Assembly: GCA_963693365.1 (NCBI GenBank)
Contig: CAVNZM010000004.1
Location: 5,334,564-5,398,563 of the forward strand
DNA length: 64,000 nt
Direction: 5' to 3'
Source of the DNA: Amoebidium appalachense
Taxonomy: Eukaryota > Protista > Ichthyosporea
The notes below the pieces were generated by a model. The model worked only from the letters and a program-made list of their open reading frames with translations. It made no database searches and had not been told where the DNA came from. Of the stretch, positions 41,645 through 55,398 are shown in pieces (the stretch's first letter is position 1; every line of letters begins with the position of its first letter). Made by a program: the position numbers and the translations under genes.

Positions 41645-41692
<48 letters not shown>

Positions 41693-42419
41693 GGGGAACC
41701 CCAACTAATTGATTTCTCCTTGTAGTCTTTATGGTGTCTCGTAGAGAAAGTAAACCCTGATATATAGTCACCACCCGACATCTATGTACGTGATCATGAT
41801 ATACCGCTGAGGGGATATTCCGAGCAAAACCCCCCCCCCCATACCTGAGACTGGTTCTCTTTGCCTCGAGTAAACAGCGTAAACCCCCGTGTAGATTTGG
41901 CTCATGATACGCCGTAAAAAACACCATATATGGTCGCACACGGTTTGACGGCCTGCCCACCTTGAATTCTACTGAACATGCGCATGCGCAGGCGCACATG
42001 CTCCTTTAACTACATGAGGTATCCCCTTGCGAATGTGTTGCCGCTCGTGATGATGATAGATGATCACTGTGTTGATTGTATATGATATACGCATGTCTGC
42101 TCATTTGTCATTTAAATCCGAGAGTGATTTTTACACTGAATAAAAGAGTAAACTTAGAGTGAGATTGGTGCTACTTGCAAGCCTGCGCGCGTGGCGCTTT
42201 ATCACAGCGCAGATCCAGACCGCGCAGATCGAGGTGTTTGATTGGTTGATTTGCCGAGTCGAGTACAAATCGTTGATTAGTTAAAATCAACCAACAGATT
42301 GCCTGGACTCTGAAACAAAAACACATTCCTCTGAGTTATCAGCCCCGAGCTCTTCCAGAGTCCAGACCACACTCGGTCACCGCTCAAAGCTCGCTTGGCA
42401 CAAAGGGCTGTTCGAGAGC

Positions 42420-42427
42420 TATATAAG
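42420..42427 (+). promoter_or_regulatory. Candidate TATA box of lipase paralog B
   Basis: TATATAAG about 180 bp upstream of the ATG, with TCAATCA about 30 bp downstream; a similar TATATAAA lies about 180 bp upstream of paralog A (~31771). Confidence 0.35.
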
Positions 42428-42597
42428 GGGCGGTGGGTGAGGCTTATACAATCAATCACACAGAAAGTGGACGAGCCAGGGCGACTGCGTGTCAACATAC
42501 AACCTCTCTATCTTTTCCGCTCTTCCCTGTGCACACCAACAACCGTCCTAATTCTGAGATCGAACCCCTGCAACGAGTCTTACAAAATCAAACGACA

Positions 42598-42919
42598 ATG
42601 TTGACTTTAGCATTCGTTTCCGCGTGCCTTTTATTAGGCGTGGCCTCCGCTCTGCCTGCCACCAACCAAACCACCAACTGGGCCGAGAAATATTACCCAA
42701 ACGTCCCCATGACACCTCCTCTCACCGTTATCCCTATGTTCCCCACCCCGCTCCCCCACGATTTTGGTGTTCCCTTCCCCTCCTGCGATTCGTATACGCC
42801 AAAGGGGTCGTTCGGAAGGCTTCTCGATGCAAAGAGTAATAGTCCCAGGCTGAACAATGCATACATCTCCGCATATTTGAGTTGGATGATCTACTACATG
42901 CCACAGGTGATTTTCCTTT

Positions 42920-42960
<41 letters not shown>

Positions 42961-42989
42961 CAAAAAAAACAAAAAAACGCACACACACA

Positions 42990-43030
<41 letters not shown>

Positions 43031-43379
43031 ATACACATACACAAACATATTAGTATATGTTATACTCAATTGCAGATAACTATTAGTTGTAATTCATCCA
43101 TCCAAGCCGCACCAACAAATCACGGCACAAAATACACACACATGCGATGATACATGCATACACATGCTCCTTTCTTTATTAGCTTTCCTTACCCCTGTGA
43201 ATGAAGCTTCTTCAATTTTCCTCTCCATCAATTCACTCCTCCGGCTTCCAAATCACACACACGTCTTTTGAAAGGTAGTAGTAATGTTGCTGGATTTGCT
43301 GTCACAATGGAATGTAGTGATGTTTGTGTATCCTTTCTACCTTTTCTTTCCACTTCTTTTTTCTTTTTTTTCTCCCCCC

Positions 43380-43413
<34 letters not shown>

Positions 43414-43984
43414 GGCAACCAAAATTTCAACTCCCCATCATTATAAGCACTTTTATGACCATTTTTGCTCCCCCTCCCCCCCCCCCCCCTCCTCAGCCAA
43501 AAAAGAAATATAAATAATAAAGGCACATTTAAATACCCCACAGATCCATCCCCCTCCCCCTCCCCTTCCCTCTCCAGCCCTCCTCTTCAGCCCCCCCCCC
43601 CTCCCCCTCATCCCCCTCCCCCCTTTCCCCCTCCCCTCTCTGCCGTTCACTTTAATACCCACTATTTAGTCTCCCCCTCCCCCCCTCCCCCTTTTACTTC
43701 AAATTTCATCTCATATCCATCCTTTATACATATCACTAAACCCATTCCCATCCACCCACTCGTTTTCCGTTCTATTTTTAGGTACAGGTGCACACGTGGC
43801 TGGAGTGTCTGGGTGCCCGGCGCATCTTATACGTGGACACGGCCAGACACAACCAGGCCATGGTGGTGGCATTCAATGAGGGGGTCGTGATTGTCATGCA
43901 GGTACGGAAAGTTTGCGGCTTATTATGACCCCCCCCCCCCCCTCCTTCCCCCCTTGCCCCTTATGTAATCGTATCGCTTCCCCT

Positions 43985-44021
<37 letters not shown>

Positions 44022-44189
44022 GGAAGGGGCAGGATTGGAAATAGTGCCAATCTTACACCACTACACTCTAGCTCTGGGCCACACCTCCAAAAGAAAACAT
44101 CAGAAACGTTTTGGAGTCTTGACTTTACTCGGGGCATGTAGTAGCTATTGTGTGTGTATGTGTGTATGGTGATTGGGGGGGGTACCGGT

Positions 44190-44223
<34 letters not shown>

Positions 44224-46249
44224 AGGAAGGAAAAGAGGGGGCCTGTTATGTGTATCGAAACACTCGAGCATTCATCACAAGAGTCTGATAGGTGACCACT
44301 GTGCCTTTTACTCCCCTCCACCGATCACAGGGCACCATAAGTGAGCCGCTGCAATCCGATTGGATCAGCAACCTTGACACGTGGCTCACCCGCACCACCC
44401 TCTACGGCCCTGGGGAGAACATTCTAGTGCATCGCGGGTTTCATACGGGTTTTGTTGATATTTTGAAGTCGGGGGGGCTCGAATCTGCCATCAGTTCTGC
44501 ATGCAGTGCAACCGAGGGGAGTCCATCGATTGAAAATTGCAATCTGTTCACTACCGGCCACAGCCGTGGGGGGGCATTTGCTGTTCTGGCTGGTGCTTGG
44601 GCCGCTGCAAAGAACTACAAAGTCAGGTGTGGAACTTTCCCTTCCCCCCCCCCCTCCCCCCCCCCCCCCCCCCTCTCCCCCCCCTCCCCTGCGCCCGTGC
44701 ACGTTTCTCGCCCACACAAACCAAACATCATTTTGGTGTACCCCCCTTCCCCCCTCCCTCCCCCCCAACCCTCCTCCCTCCCCCTGGAACCTGGGGCGAT
44801 TCTGCACACAAGTGTTTGGGAACACATTTGACTACACAGGGATGTATTCACTATTCTTTCCCCTCCCCTTCCCCAACCCTTCCCTTTCCCACCCCCCAAG
44901 CACACAAACAAACACATCGACCCACCCGCATCCATTCATCCATAAGCTTTCGTTCCCTTTCTTCCCCTCCCCCCCCCCCTCCCCCCCCCCCCCCCCCCCC
45001 AACCAAAAAAAAAAAAAAAAAAAAAAAAAAGAAAGAAAGAAAAAAAGAAATAAGGGAAAAAAACCACCACCTCCACCCAACTCCGCCTTTCTTTAAGGAA
45101 ATAGATTTGAACCATAGCTGCAACGGCACAACACATTAAAACGCACACACGTGCCGGGACACCGAATCGTCTCGTATCGTTATCATGCCACCAGTGTGAC
45201 CCAGTAAACAGTGACCATAAAATTTTAAACACCCAATCAACAGGGGCGTTTACACCTACGGCTGCCCCCGGGTCGGCAACGAGGACTTCCGGGAGCTGTA
45301 TGACGTCAACCTGGGTCTAGGGAGAAAGACTCTGAGGGGAGTCAACAAGTTGGACGCCGTTGCAGAGATACCCGTTGCCGGCATTCCCTGGGGTATGTGG
45401 GGCCCATATTTCTGATTTTCAAAAATAAAAAACGTTTAAATTTTTAATTTGATTGTAAGCCGACGGTTCCAATTTCACATTGGACTGGGATTTTTTCAAT
45501 GTTTGCAGCATTCTATGGGGCCCGTTGGGAGCCGGGGCGGGGTGGGGTGCGGTGGGGTGGGTGGGTGACTGGGTGTGTGGCAGGCCGGGGGGGAAGGGGG
45601 GGGGGGGGGGGGGGGGAGGGGGGAGAGGGGGGGAGAAGGGGGGGGGGGGGGGGGAGTCATCCTGTGATCATGTGTAAATGTGCAGATCCTGTTATAGCCT
45701 ATCTATAGGAAGCCCCCCCCACCCCACCCACTCCCCCCCCCCCTCCCCCCCCCCCCCCCCCCTCCCCCCCGCCTAAAAAAAAAAAAAAAAAAAAAAGAAT
45801 ACACACACACCCCAGCCTTCAACCTCTCCTATTTTTTGCTCGAACATACATACCTCCATATCTCCGTATCATACGATATCAGACAATCTTTGCAGTGTTT
45901 CCCCAAGTAACCCCGCCTCCCCACCTCCCCCTCCTCCTCGCCCCCTCCCCTCCTTCTCCTCCCCTCCCCCTCCCCCGCCTCCTCCCCCCTCCCCCCCTCC
46001 CCCCTCCCCCCCCCCCCCCCCCCCCCCCCAGGTCGTGTCCTTCCGGTCACCTACAAGCACGTAGGGGGCAACCTCTTTGCCACGGACATGTGCGGCCCCA
46101 CGGATCTGCCCCGCATCTGTGTCAACCCCGTCGACCACTACCCGCACATGTACGTCACCGGCCTGTGGGCCACGTGCTCACGTGACCTGTCACGTGACCA
46201 GCTGCCACCACCGCCCTTCCCCAACGGCGCCTGGGGCATGTACCTCTGA
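42598..46249 (+). CDS. Secreted class-3 lipase, paralog B, 5 exons, 363 aa
   Basis: Exons 42598-42906, 43782-43901, 44331-44626, 45244-45392 and 46032-46249 have the same lengths as paralog A (309/120/296/149/218). Signal peptide, VHRGF, GHSRGG, YGCPRVGN, NKLD, DHYPHMY. Confidence 0.9.
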
Positions 46250-47850
46250 GGGTTGATTGGGCGGTCCCCCCCCCCCCCCCCCCCCCTTTTCTCCGTATTT
46301 GGAATGTTGCATGCGGCCATATTGAGAGGTAATTTGGTGCTGTACGTATTATTTCGCAAATGTATGTAGAGGGTTGGTGGAGGGTGCATTTCTTATTGGA
46401 TGTTACATCTCCCTTTAATAGGTGGTTGGATGGTGGTTTTCCTTATTTGGAACCAAAAAAACACTGGCTTGTTTGATTGACATTACAAATCATGCACGGA
46501 AACACACCGTGTGAGCAAGCATAGATGCTACATTTCTGCTGTTAATTCGCGCACCATTTTTCCCCAAATAAACTGCAAGATGCTTACTTTTAATTAAAAA
46601 AATGGTTGCAGCGGTGTGTGGTCAGTGGCTCCCAAAGCCGCCCATCCCCCCTCCCCCCTTCCCCTCTCCCCTCCCCTCCTTCCTCCCCCCCCCCCCTGGG
46701 CCACCCCCGTCCCCTTCCTCCCCGCACCACATGCACACACACACCCAACGCCATTCATCCCGTCAATACCTCCCCCTCCCTCCTCCCCCCTTCCCCCCTC
46801 CCCTCCCCCCCCCCCCCCCCCCCTCCACCACCACCCCCTCCCCCCCTGCATCCTACCCCCCATTCACTTTGCTCACCAATCCTCCGTGTACTTTTCACAA
46901 CTGATCCACTGCTTTCATGATCCTGCAGCTGCCCCATCAAAACCCTGCTTTTCCCCCCCCTCCCCCCCCCCACCCCCTCCCCCCGCGCAATGCCTCTCGC
47001 TTCCACCCATAACAACAAAATTGATAGTAATAGAACGGAATGAAGACTTCTGCTTATCTTGCCTGGCTGGCGTCACCCAGTAGCTTTTGGATTCTGTACA
47101 AACAAGTTCATGTGCAAGGGGAGAAAAGATATGGTATATTCGATCGATAAGAGAGTGTGTGTGTGGTGGTGGTGGTGGTGGGGGGGGGGGGGGGGGGGGG
47201 AGGAGGGGAGGAGAGGTGGGGGGAAGCGGGGGTTTTTCAACCTACAGAAATCAATCCATCCTTTGCGCTCCCCACCCACTATAACCCTCTCCCCTTCCCC
47301 CCTCCCCCTCTCCACGTGCAACAGATCCCCTCCCCCCCCCCCCCCCCCCCCCCGGGGCGCGGCCGACGTGTTTCCCTTTCATCTTCCCCCCCTCCCCCCT
47401 CCCCCTGATGCCCCCTCCCCGCCAGCCCCACTCCACCCTACCTTGCCCTGCCCTACCCCTCTTCCCCCCCCTCCTTCCCCTCCCCCCCCCCTCCCATCCC
47501 GTGCTCCACCAAAAATGGGACCCACTCCCAACATACATTAGAATGAAGTGGTCTGTGCGTCTCACCTTATCATATATGGCAATCCCCATGATCTTAAGCC
47601 AATATTTATCGACCCATTCATGGTTTTTCTGCATTAAAATTTGCGCAAGACATGGTAGACGTAATCACACGCTGAGTTTGTTCTGAACCGAGTCGATATG
47701 CCTAGAGGAATTCAATTACAGGGAGATTTGGTCAATCGCACCAGACATGACCAACCCCACAGTGACAGAGTCTTTCAAATTGTCCCCATGGGATTTCCGC
47801 TTTTGCATGCAAACGCACGGAAGACTTTTTGGAAGATTTGATGTGTGTGT

Positions 47851-47881
<31 letters not shown>

Positions 47882-47900
47882 GGGGGGGGGGGGGGGGGGG

Positions 47901-47938
<38 letters not shown>

Positions 47939-48145
47939 GGAAGATTCATCGATCCACATGTGAGCCCTCTGGTGTGCACGCGGGGAGTGGGAGAGAGGGT
48001 GTTGGGAGGGGGGGGGGGGGGGAGGGGAGGGGGGAGGGGGCCGGGGGGGGGGGGGGGGGGGGGGAGGGGGGAGCAGAACAACCAATGCATCCTTGTATCT
48101 AATCAGAAACACATCGGGCCCCGCACAACCATTGGCATTCGCGCA

Positions 48146-48510
48146 CACATGCACACTAACAGACACACCCACACATGCTTACCCACATCCACACGCACAC
48201 TAACAGATACACCCACACATGCTTACCCACATCCACATGCACACCAACAGACACACCCACACATGCTTACCTACATCCACATGCACACTAACAGACACAC
48301 CCACACATGCTTACCCACATCCACATGCACACTAACGGACACACCCACACATGCTTACCCACATCCACATGCACACTAACGGACACACCCACACATGCTT
48401 ACCCACATCCACATGCACACTAACAGATACACCCACACATGCTTACCCACATCAACACACACACTAACAGATACACCCACACATGCTTACCCACATCCAC
48501 ATGCACACTA
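48146..48510. repeat. 44-bp tandem minisatellite, ~8 copies
   Basis: Unit ~CACATGCACACTAACAGACACACCCACACATGCTTACCCACATC; CATGCTTACC at 48174, 48218 and onward. Confidence 0.9.
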
Positions 48511-49629
48511 AAAAAAAAAAATATAAAAAAAAGCTTCCTAGACTAGCATGGGAGGGGGGGGTAAAACGCTCGGTCGAATTATGTACTGTTGCTTGCTTCA
48601 GTGAGTTGCCTTTACCGTGCTGAAAAACAAAACGAAAGACTCTCTATATCCATACATACATACGTACAATAAGTCCAGAATGGCCGTGGGAAGACTTTAT
48701 TCAACGAGATAAACACATAACTATCCAAGGCTGTGAATATCTCGTTTGTTCATATATTCCACTTAAGGTAGCTGTAGCATATTATGGTTTAACATGTGGA
48801 AGTTTTTTCTCTTGATTGGGATTTATTGATCAGTGGTCCAGTGGATATGAAGGCAACGTGCAGCCACAGGCTACATGACCACCAAAACAACCGACTTCGA
48901 AAGAGCCACAGCGATGAAATAAAAAACAAAACAACAAGTGACCAAAGGACACCAGCGGGCAAAGGTACAAGTGCACGTTGTATGCGTGAAACTAGTTTCT
49001 CCAACTAGTCATATGCAGCGATGATGACCAGGCCACACTCCGCAAGAAGACATCATTACTGCAGCATTTAATTCAGCTGCCCCCCAACAGGCCCCTTCAA
49101 AACCTACCGGGGCACAGCAAGCAAGTCAGCCCTTTAAAGAGCAATGCAGACCAAATCCGAGCGAGAAAACAATCCCCACGGGCCCGTCCCCTAGAAAACC
49201 CGCAGAAGCTGTCTTTTAACTCTTTGATAAGGTGGCCTAGTTGTGGCAGGACACACAGGAAACCACAAGTACAGAATGCATGCAAGCAAACCCAGTTATT
49301 GCCATACTGCTGCAGGAAGGCTGAAAACAGCCACAAGGAAAGCTCCTCGACGACCCAGTAGCTACCCCTCCACTCACGCAGCGCAGAAGCAGTTGAAGAA
49401 GTTGCAGCAGCCCACCGCCAATAGCTTGCGTAGAAGCGTAGATAGCGTGTAGAAGTCACCGTAAGTTGCAGTGGGCCACCAGATGTCGAAGAAACCACTC
49501 CTCAAGCGAGAAACTCCGTGGAAGGGAGATGTCCCCACACTCTCACAGCAGTAGGAATAGACAAGGCCGCACTACACACACACAGTGTCACGTTCCCCTG
49601 AGTAGAACCCCTTCCCACCACAAAAAGAA

Positions 49630-49834
49630 AAAACGAAAGCCTTTATATACCTGCCATGGTGAAGAATCGGGAAAAAAAGTTGACGTGACAGCTAAGAGAT
49701 CGAAGTAAAAGTGAAGTCTACAAAAAAAACAAAAAAAAACGAAAGCCTTTATATACCTGCCATGGTGAAGAATCGGGGAAAAAAGTTGACGTGACAGCTA
49801 AGCTAAGCCAAGGGCCCGAAGTAAAAGTGAAGTC
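49630..49834. repeat. Local tandem duplication, two ~90-bp copies, period ~106
   Basis: AAACGAAAGCCTTTATATACCTGCCATGGTGAAGAATCGGG...GTTGACGTGACAGCTAAG...CGAAGTAAAAGTGAAGTC occurs twice. Confidence 0.85.
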
Positions 49835-50240
49835 ATGAACAAACGAGATATTCACATTCTTGGATAATGATGTGTATATCTCGCCGGAAACTTTTTCTTT
49901 TGACTGTTTTTTTTTTTTACAAGGGACATGTACTAAGTTTTTCCGCAGTCGGAAATTTTTTTCTTTTGACTGGATTTATTCGACGGAAAGATATGCAAGT
50001 ATATATAGTTGCGGAGAAGAGATATACAAACGACGAGATATACAGTCACTACCACGGCACACACTCAGGCCTGGACTGGTACATCAAAATCACAGTCAAT
50101 ATCCTCCTGGAACTGAGCGGTTGTTATGTTGCACACTGCTCTCTCTCTCTCGATTATCCCATGTCACTGGTGCAACTCTGACCCCCAAAGCACTTAAAAA
50201 AATATTTCGTGCCATGGTGCCGGTGGCCGGTGGTCGGTAG

Positions 50241-50315
<75 letters not shown>

Positions 50316-50945
50316 CAGATGCCGTCCGTTATTAACTTACCCCCCGTCTCCCCCACGTGGTCGCAGTGCATGTTCGTAATGTCTTGGACAGCCGCCGCTG
50401 ACATCTTATTGATGCCCCTCGGGGGTTTTTTTGGGGGGACCGGAGGGGAGAGAGGGGGGAAGGGGGCGGGAGGGGGAGGGGGGGGGGGGGAGGACGGGGC
50501 CCCGGGGGGCGGGGGGCCGGGGGGGGGGGGGGGGAGGGGGGGAGCAGCGGAAGGGGGAGCTGGCCGATATCACGATGGTGGTGGTGGTGGTGGTGTTGGC
50601 GGTGTGTGTGTGTGGGGGGGGGGGGAGGGGGGGGGGGGGGGGGGGGGGGCAATGTTGCAAGTGCAATTGGTGTCTCCGCGGCCAGGGCATGGGGGACGTG
50701 GGGGATGGTGGGTGTTGGGGGGGGGGGAAGGGAGGGGGGGGGGGGGGGAAGGGAGGAGGGGCGAGGGCCCAAGGGCCTGGGGCTTGAGGGGCGACCCTGG
50801 GGGGGGGGGGGGGGGGGGGGGGTTCGGTCAGTCCGCCAATAAGAACACTCCTAACTCCGCCGCCCAAAGTGTTATGATTGGTGGGGGTTCCGCATGACAA
50901 CGTATGTTTATCATGTGTGTGGGTGTGTTTGTGTGTGTGTGTGCC

Positions 50946-50988
<43 letters not shown>

Positions 50989-53404
50989 CGTGTGTGTGTG
51001 TGTGTGCGCGCGCACGTGTGTGTGTGTGTGTGTGCGTGCGCGCGCGCGTGCATGCGTGCGTGTGTGCGTGCGTGTGTGCGTGTGCGTGTGAGTCTGTGTG
51101 CGCACGCGCTTGCACGGTTGTACATGTGTGTATGTGTTCTACGTGGCCAGCTAATATATGGTATAGCAACAGGCTTCCTACATGGCCGTTCGCGTGCATG
51201 TATGTTAACCCTCCCTCCCCCTCCCCCAATAATCCTTCTACTCCACGGGCCCCAGAAGCAGCGCCCCGGCGGGGTGAAGGGGGCAAGAGGGGAGGGGGGG
51301 AGGGGGTTGGGGGGGCTGGGCAGGGATGGAATCCGGGGTGTCGGTTTTGAGGTTATGTTGCCTGTGTGGACGGTTGGGTCTCCCCTCCAGGCATGGATCC
51401 AGGCCCCGAACGATGTCCAATAATCCAACGATTGGCAAAAAAAACCCACACCCTGAAAATTTCAGGCGTAGGTTAGTACATAATACCCACTAAACACTAA
51501 ATGTGTGCTTCATAGACCAATTGTACAGAGATTGGGCGGTGGTGTGATACTATATATTCGGCCGGGAGGATGCATCTAGGGTTGGTGGGGAGGGGGGGGG
51601 GGGGGGGGGAGGGGAAGAGGGGGGAGGGGGGAGAGGAGACAGGCAAAAACCTGTCAGAGTAATCCCCCCGGCGGGGGGGGGGGGGGGGGGGGGGGGAGAT
51701 AAACAGGCGGACTCGCAGCAAGAGTAAGGGGCCCCCTTAAGGGGGCCGGGATCCCGGGTAAGGGGGCTTTAGAAGAGGAGGATTGGACCACAAGAAGGGA
51801 TGAATCGGGTGTGTGTGGGGGTGGGGGGGGGGGGGGGGGGGGGGGGGGGAGGGGGAGGGAGGAAGGGGGGGAGCGCGGGGGAGGAGGGGAGGAGGAGCAA
51901 TGGTGCAGTATCAGCTTTGATGTCACCCGCGGTAGGGAGGGGCCCGGGGAAGGAGGGGGGAGGGGGGAGGGGGGAAGGGAGGGGGGCAAGGCATGGGGCT
52001 GCAATTGGGGGAATGATGGGGGGCGGGGGGTGAGGAGGAGGGGGAGGAGATGGGGGGGGAGGGGGGAGGAGGGGGAGGGGGAAGAAAGAGAGAGAGAGAG
52101 TTTTCGAGGACAGACGCACATACCCAGCAACAAAAAGCAAAAGAAAAAACCTAACCAGCAGTGAAGGTGTCAAAGCTCCAGTCGAGGTCATAATTCTCCT
52201 CCACACTCACATGTACACCATCCACACTGCCCCTGTACGTTGCGCCCACAAACACCCCCATCTCAATCATACCTTAAACACGCCGGCGACAGGAGAAATG
52301 ATCCACCCTGCCCTGAGCCATATACGCTCATCTTTTTCTTGTGGCTAAAGGTCCTTAGTGTCACGTCGGCAAAAAAATGCAAAAGTAGGGCCATGACGGA
52401 AAAGGCGCGCACTGCCAACAAAAAGGGGGGGGGTTGGAGGGGGGGGGGGGGGGGGGGGGGGGGGGTGGGAGGGGGGAGGTGGAGGGGGTTCAACGTTACG
52501 TTCGGTAGGCTGACGTGTTTTTAGTATTATTTACTGTTATTAGGGATGATCACCAATAAAACAATTGGAGTATATCACTTGAATGTTTAGTTTACATGTT
52601 GGGATTTTGAGCGTACGTACATACGTCACAATCGCACACAAAAATTTTAACTATTTCTTCCTTTCTCCTTGTTCATTCATTGGGGGTCACACAGTGCCTT
52701 CCAATTTCTTCTTTCCACTTGACAAAAGTTTTAAAATGTACCACATTCTAGTCGCAGCAAATCCATCAAATATAAAGTATTATAATCTCAACACTCTTTC
52801 AAAGCCGTTGAAACAAAGTCTCATCCTACATAGTTATCCTGATACGTGTCAACTTACCTATCAAACTTACACACATACCTCAGTAACACAATATCTCAGC
52901 ACTGATAATACATTATTTCAACCCTTACATATCATATACAGACAGATCTCATCACCGATATATCTCAAACTAAAACATCTCAAAACAGACATATCTCAAC
53001 CTTTACACAATTCTTACGTCGTCCTATATATATCTCATCACTTACATATCTCAAAAGTAATAAATCTCAACACCAACATATCTCAGCAGTCGCAGCCAAA
53101 CGGTAGTCCACAGACATATCACATTCTATACTCAGTTATAATATGCACACTATGGGTAATACAGCCCTTTATCCATTTCACATGTTTCTTGATTTAACCG
53201 CACTGGAAACAACACGTCACACTAAACATGAAATCTAGCCGCTGCACATTCGCTATTCATACAATGCAGGTCACTACTACACAATAAGTTAAAAATGTTC
53301 AAGCGAAATCATATGCAATGAAGCTATCTTATACGGCCCGAAACCAAATGCGGGGCCTTCTAAAATGAATACGTGTGTCTGTGTGTCCGTCTGTCTATCT
53401 GCCT

Positions 53405-53478
<74 letters not shown>

Positions 53479-53704
53479 ACGCACGTACACGTGTGGGTGT
53501 GGTGTTTTTTTTTTTTGTGTGTGTGCTGGGGGTGGTGGTGGTGGTGGGGTTATGCGTACATCGGAATTGGCGGGAAAAAGGGTGGGTGGGTGGGTGGGTG
53601 GGTGGGTGGGTGGGTGGGTGGTGGTGGTGGTGTGTGTGTGTGGGGGGGGGGGGGGGGGGGGGGGGGGGGAAGGGGGGGGGGGGGGGGAGAAGAGCTTATC
53701 ACTC

Positions 53705-54096
53705 TCAATTTTTCAACCACTCATCCAGTGCAGGGTTCGTTTCCCCCCTCATCAAATACCTCAAAACCATGTGCACAAAATCGAATTTTCGCGCGACGAA
53801 ATCGCCCAACTGCGCGGTCCCCGTCCCAGCCGCGTATTGGCCGTGATAGTATATTCCCTGGGTGGGACCCATGCTAATATTCGTACGGAACCACTGGAGA
53901 TGGGGCCTGTGGTTCATTAATCGGGCGTTCGATCCGTCTTTTGCGATCCGTTTCAGGTTTTCGATTATGGTAAGCGCCTGGGTGGAGGCGCGAATGGCCA
54001 ATTTTGCCTCGGGATATTGAAGTTGCGCACAGTCGCCACACGCAAAAACACTGGGGTGGTTCATGACCTGTGTCCAAAAGTTCTGTTAGTGGATAG

Positions 54097-54140
<44 letters not shown>

Positions 54141-55366
54141 TGGGGGAGAGGGAGGGATGGAGGGAGGGAGGGAGGGAGGGAGGGAGAGAGGGAGGGGGGG
54201 GGGAGGCGGGGGGAGGGAGGGAGGGAGGGAGGGAAGGAGGAGAGGGGGCGGATGGAGAGAGGATCCCAGGTGCACGGTTGTGCTTGTGAGGGGTGTGTGG
54301 GTGTATGCGTGTGCATGTGTGTGTGTGTGTGTGTTGGGATGGGGGGGGGGAGGGGGAGGGAGAGAGAGGGAGAGGGGGAGGGGGGGAGGGGGGGGGGGGG
54401 GTGAAGCAGCTGGAGTTGATGTAGGCATTAGAGTGTAGCAAACATGAGGCCTGAAATGCACAACAAAACCACAGGCATAAAAACACAAAATCAACCAGTG
54501 GAGCCGTGCAGGCAGAAAGACACCTGAACAGGGCCTATCAGCAGGATGGGTTTGTATGTGTTAGGTGTGTGTGTCGGGGGGAGGGGGGGGGGGGGGGGGG
54601 GGGGGAGGGGGGGGGGCAGGGGGGAAGGGGGAGATGGGCAAAGGGGGGGGGGGGGGGGGGGGGGGGGGGGATGGGGTCCGACGAGGGGGAATCAGTGTGG
54701 AATGTATATATGCAGAGGGAAAGGAGCACGGGTGTGTGTACTTTCACGCTATCTAAACTCGCAACGGACATCTCACTTGGGGGTATTTTTTTACACGCAA
54801 TATCTCAAGGGGGGTATGTCACACAAGGGACAAGAAACCTCTCACTTTGTGACTTTGTGTATATCTCATAAATATATCTCAGTGGGGGGTATATCCCACC
54901 TGCAGTGTGTGGTCGACGAGCACATATCCCTCCTTTGTCAGTGCGTCACCAAATGCCGCCTTCATAAATCCCGTCTGTGGAATTCCCCCCGTGCACCTAT
55001 ACACCAAATCCACCTCCCACTCCCGGCCGTCCCGCGTGATCACGTGCTTCCTCCCATCCAACGACGTCATTACGTCTCGCTTCCCAGAGCCACCTCGATT
55101 CCCAAGTCGCTCATTTTTGCGTAAATCAACTTGTGGCACGAGGGGTCTAACTGCATGACCAATCTGGCGTTGCGCTGGCACAATATCACGTGCTTTCCTG
55201 GGAACCCTGCCTTGATCTCGCACGCCAGCTCCACCCCGACCACACCTCCGCCAATCACGAGGATCGCTTGCGCGTGGTGGAGGGATTCTTGGCGAAGCCA
55301 GAGGTCTGATTCGCTGAAAATCACAAGACGTTACAACCGGCATATGCGCAGGTGCACGTGTTTGCG

Positions 55367-55398
<32 letters not shown>

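Larger units (their letters stand above)
37390..41691 (+). mobile_element. Non-LTR retrotransposon (APE + RT) with disrupted ORF1, intact ORF2, (CA)n-containing 3' UTR and poly(A) tail; 5' boundary uncertain
   Basis: ORF2 at 38347-41541, poly(A) at 41649-41691, and upstream reading frames ending in a TAA that overlaps the ORF2 ATG. No target-site duplication was found. Confidence 0.82.

Noticed and set aside
42047-42140. Box C/D snoRNA (GTGATGA ... CTGA)
   Set aside because: No convincing terminal stem or recognisable rRNA guide; such short motifs are expected by chance.
48146-48510. 44-bp repeat as a CRISPR array
   Set aside because: Head-to-tail tandem units with no unique spacers.
52583-53197. 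204-aa plus-strand ORF
   Set aside because: It overlaps a degenerate ATATCTCA-rich repeat with biased H/I/S/Y composition and no domain features.
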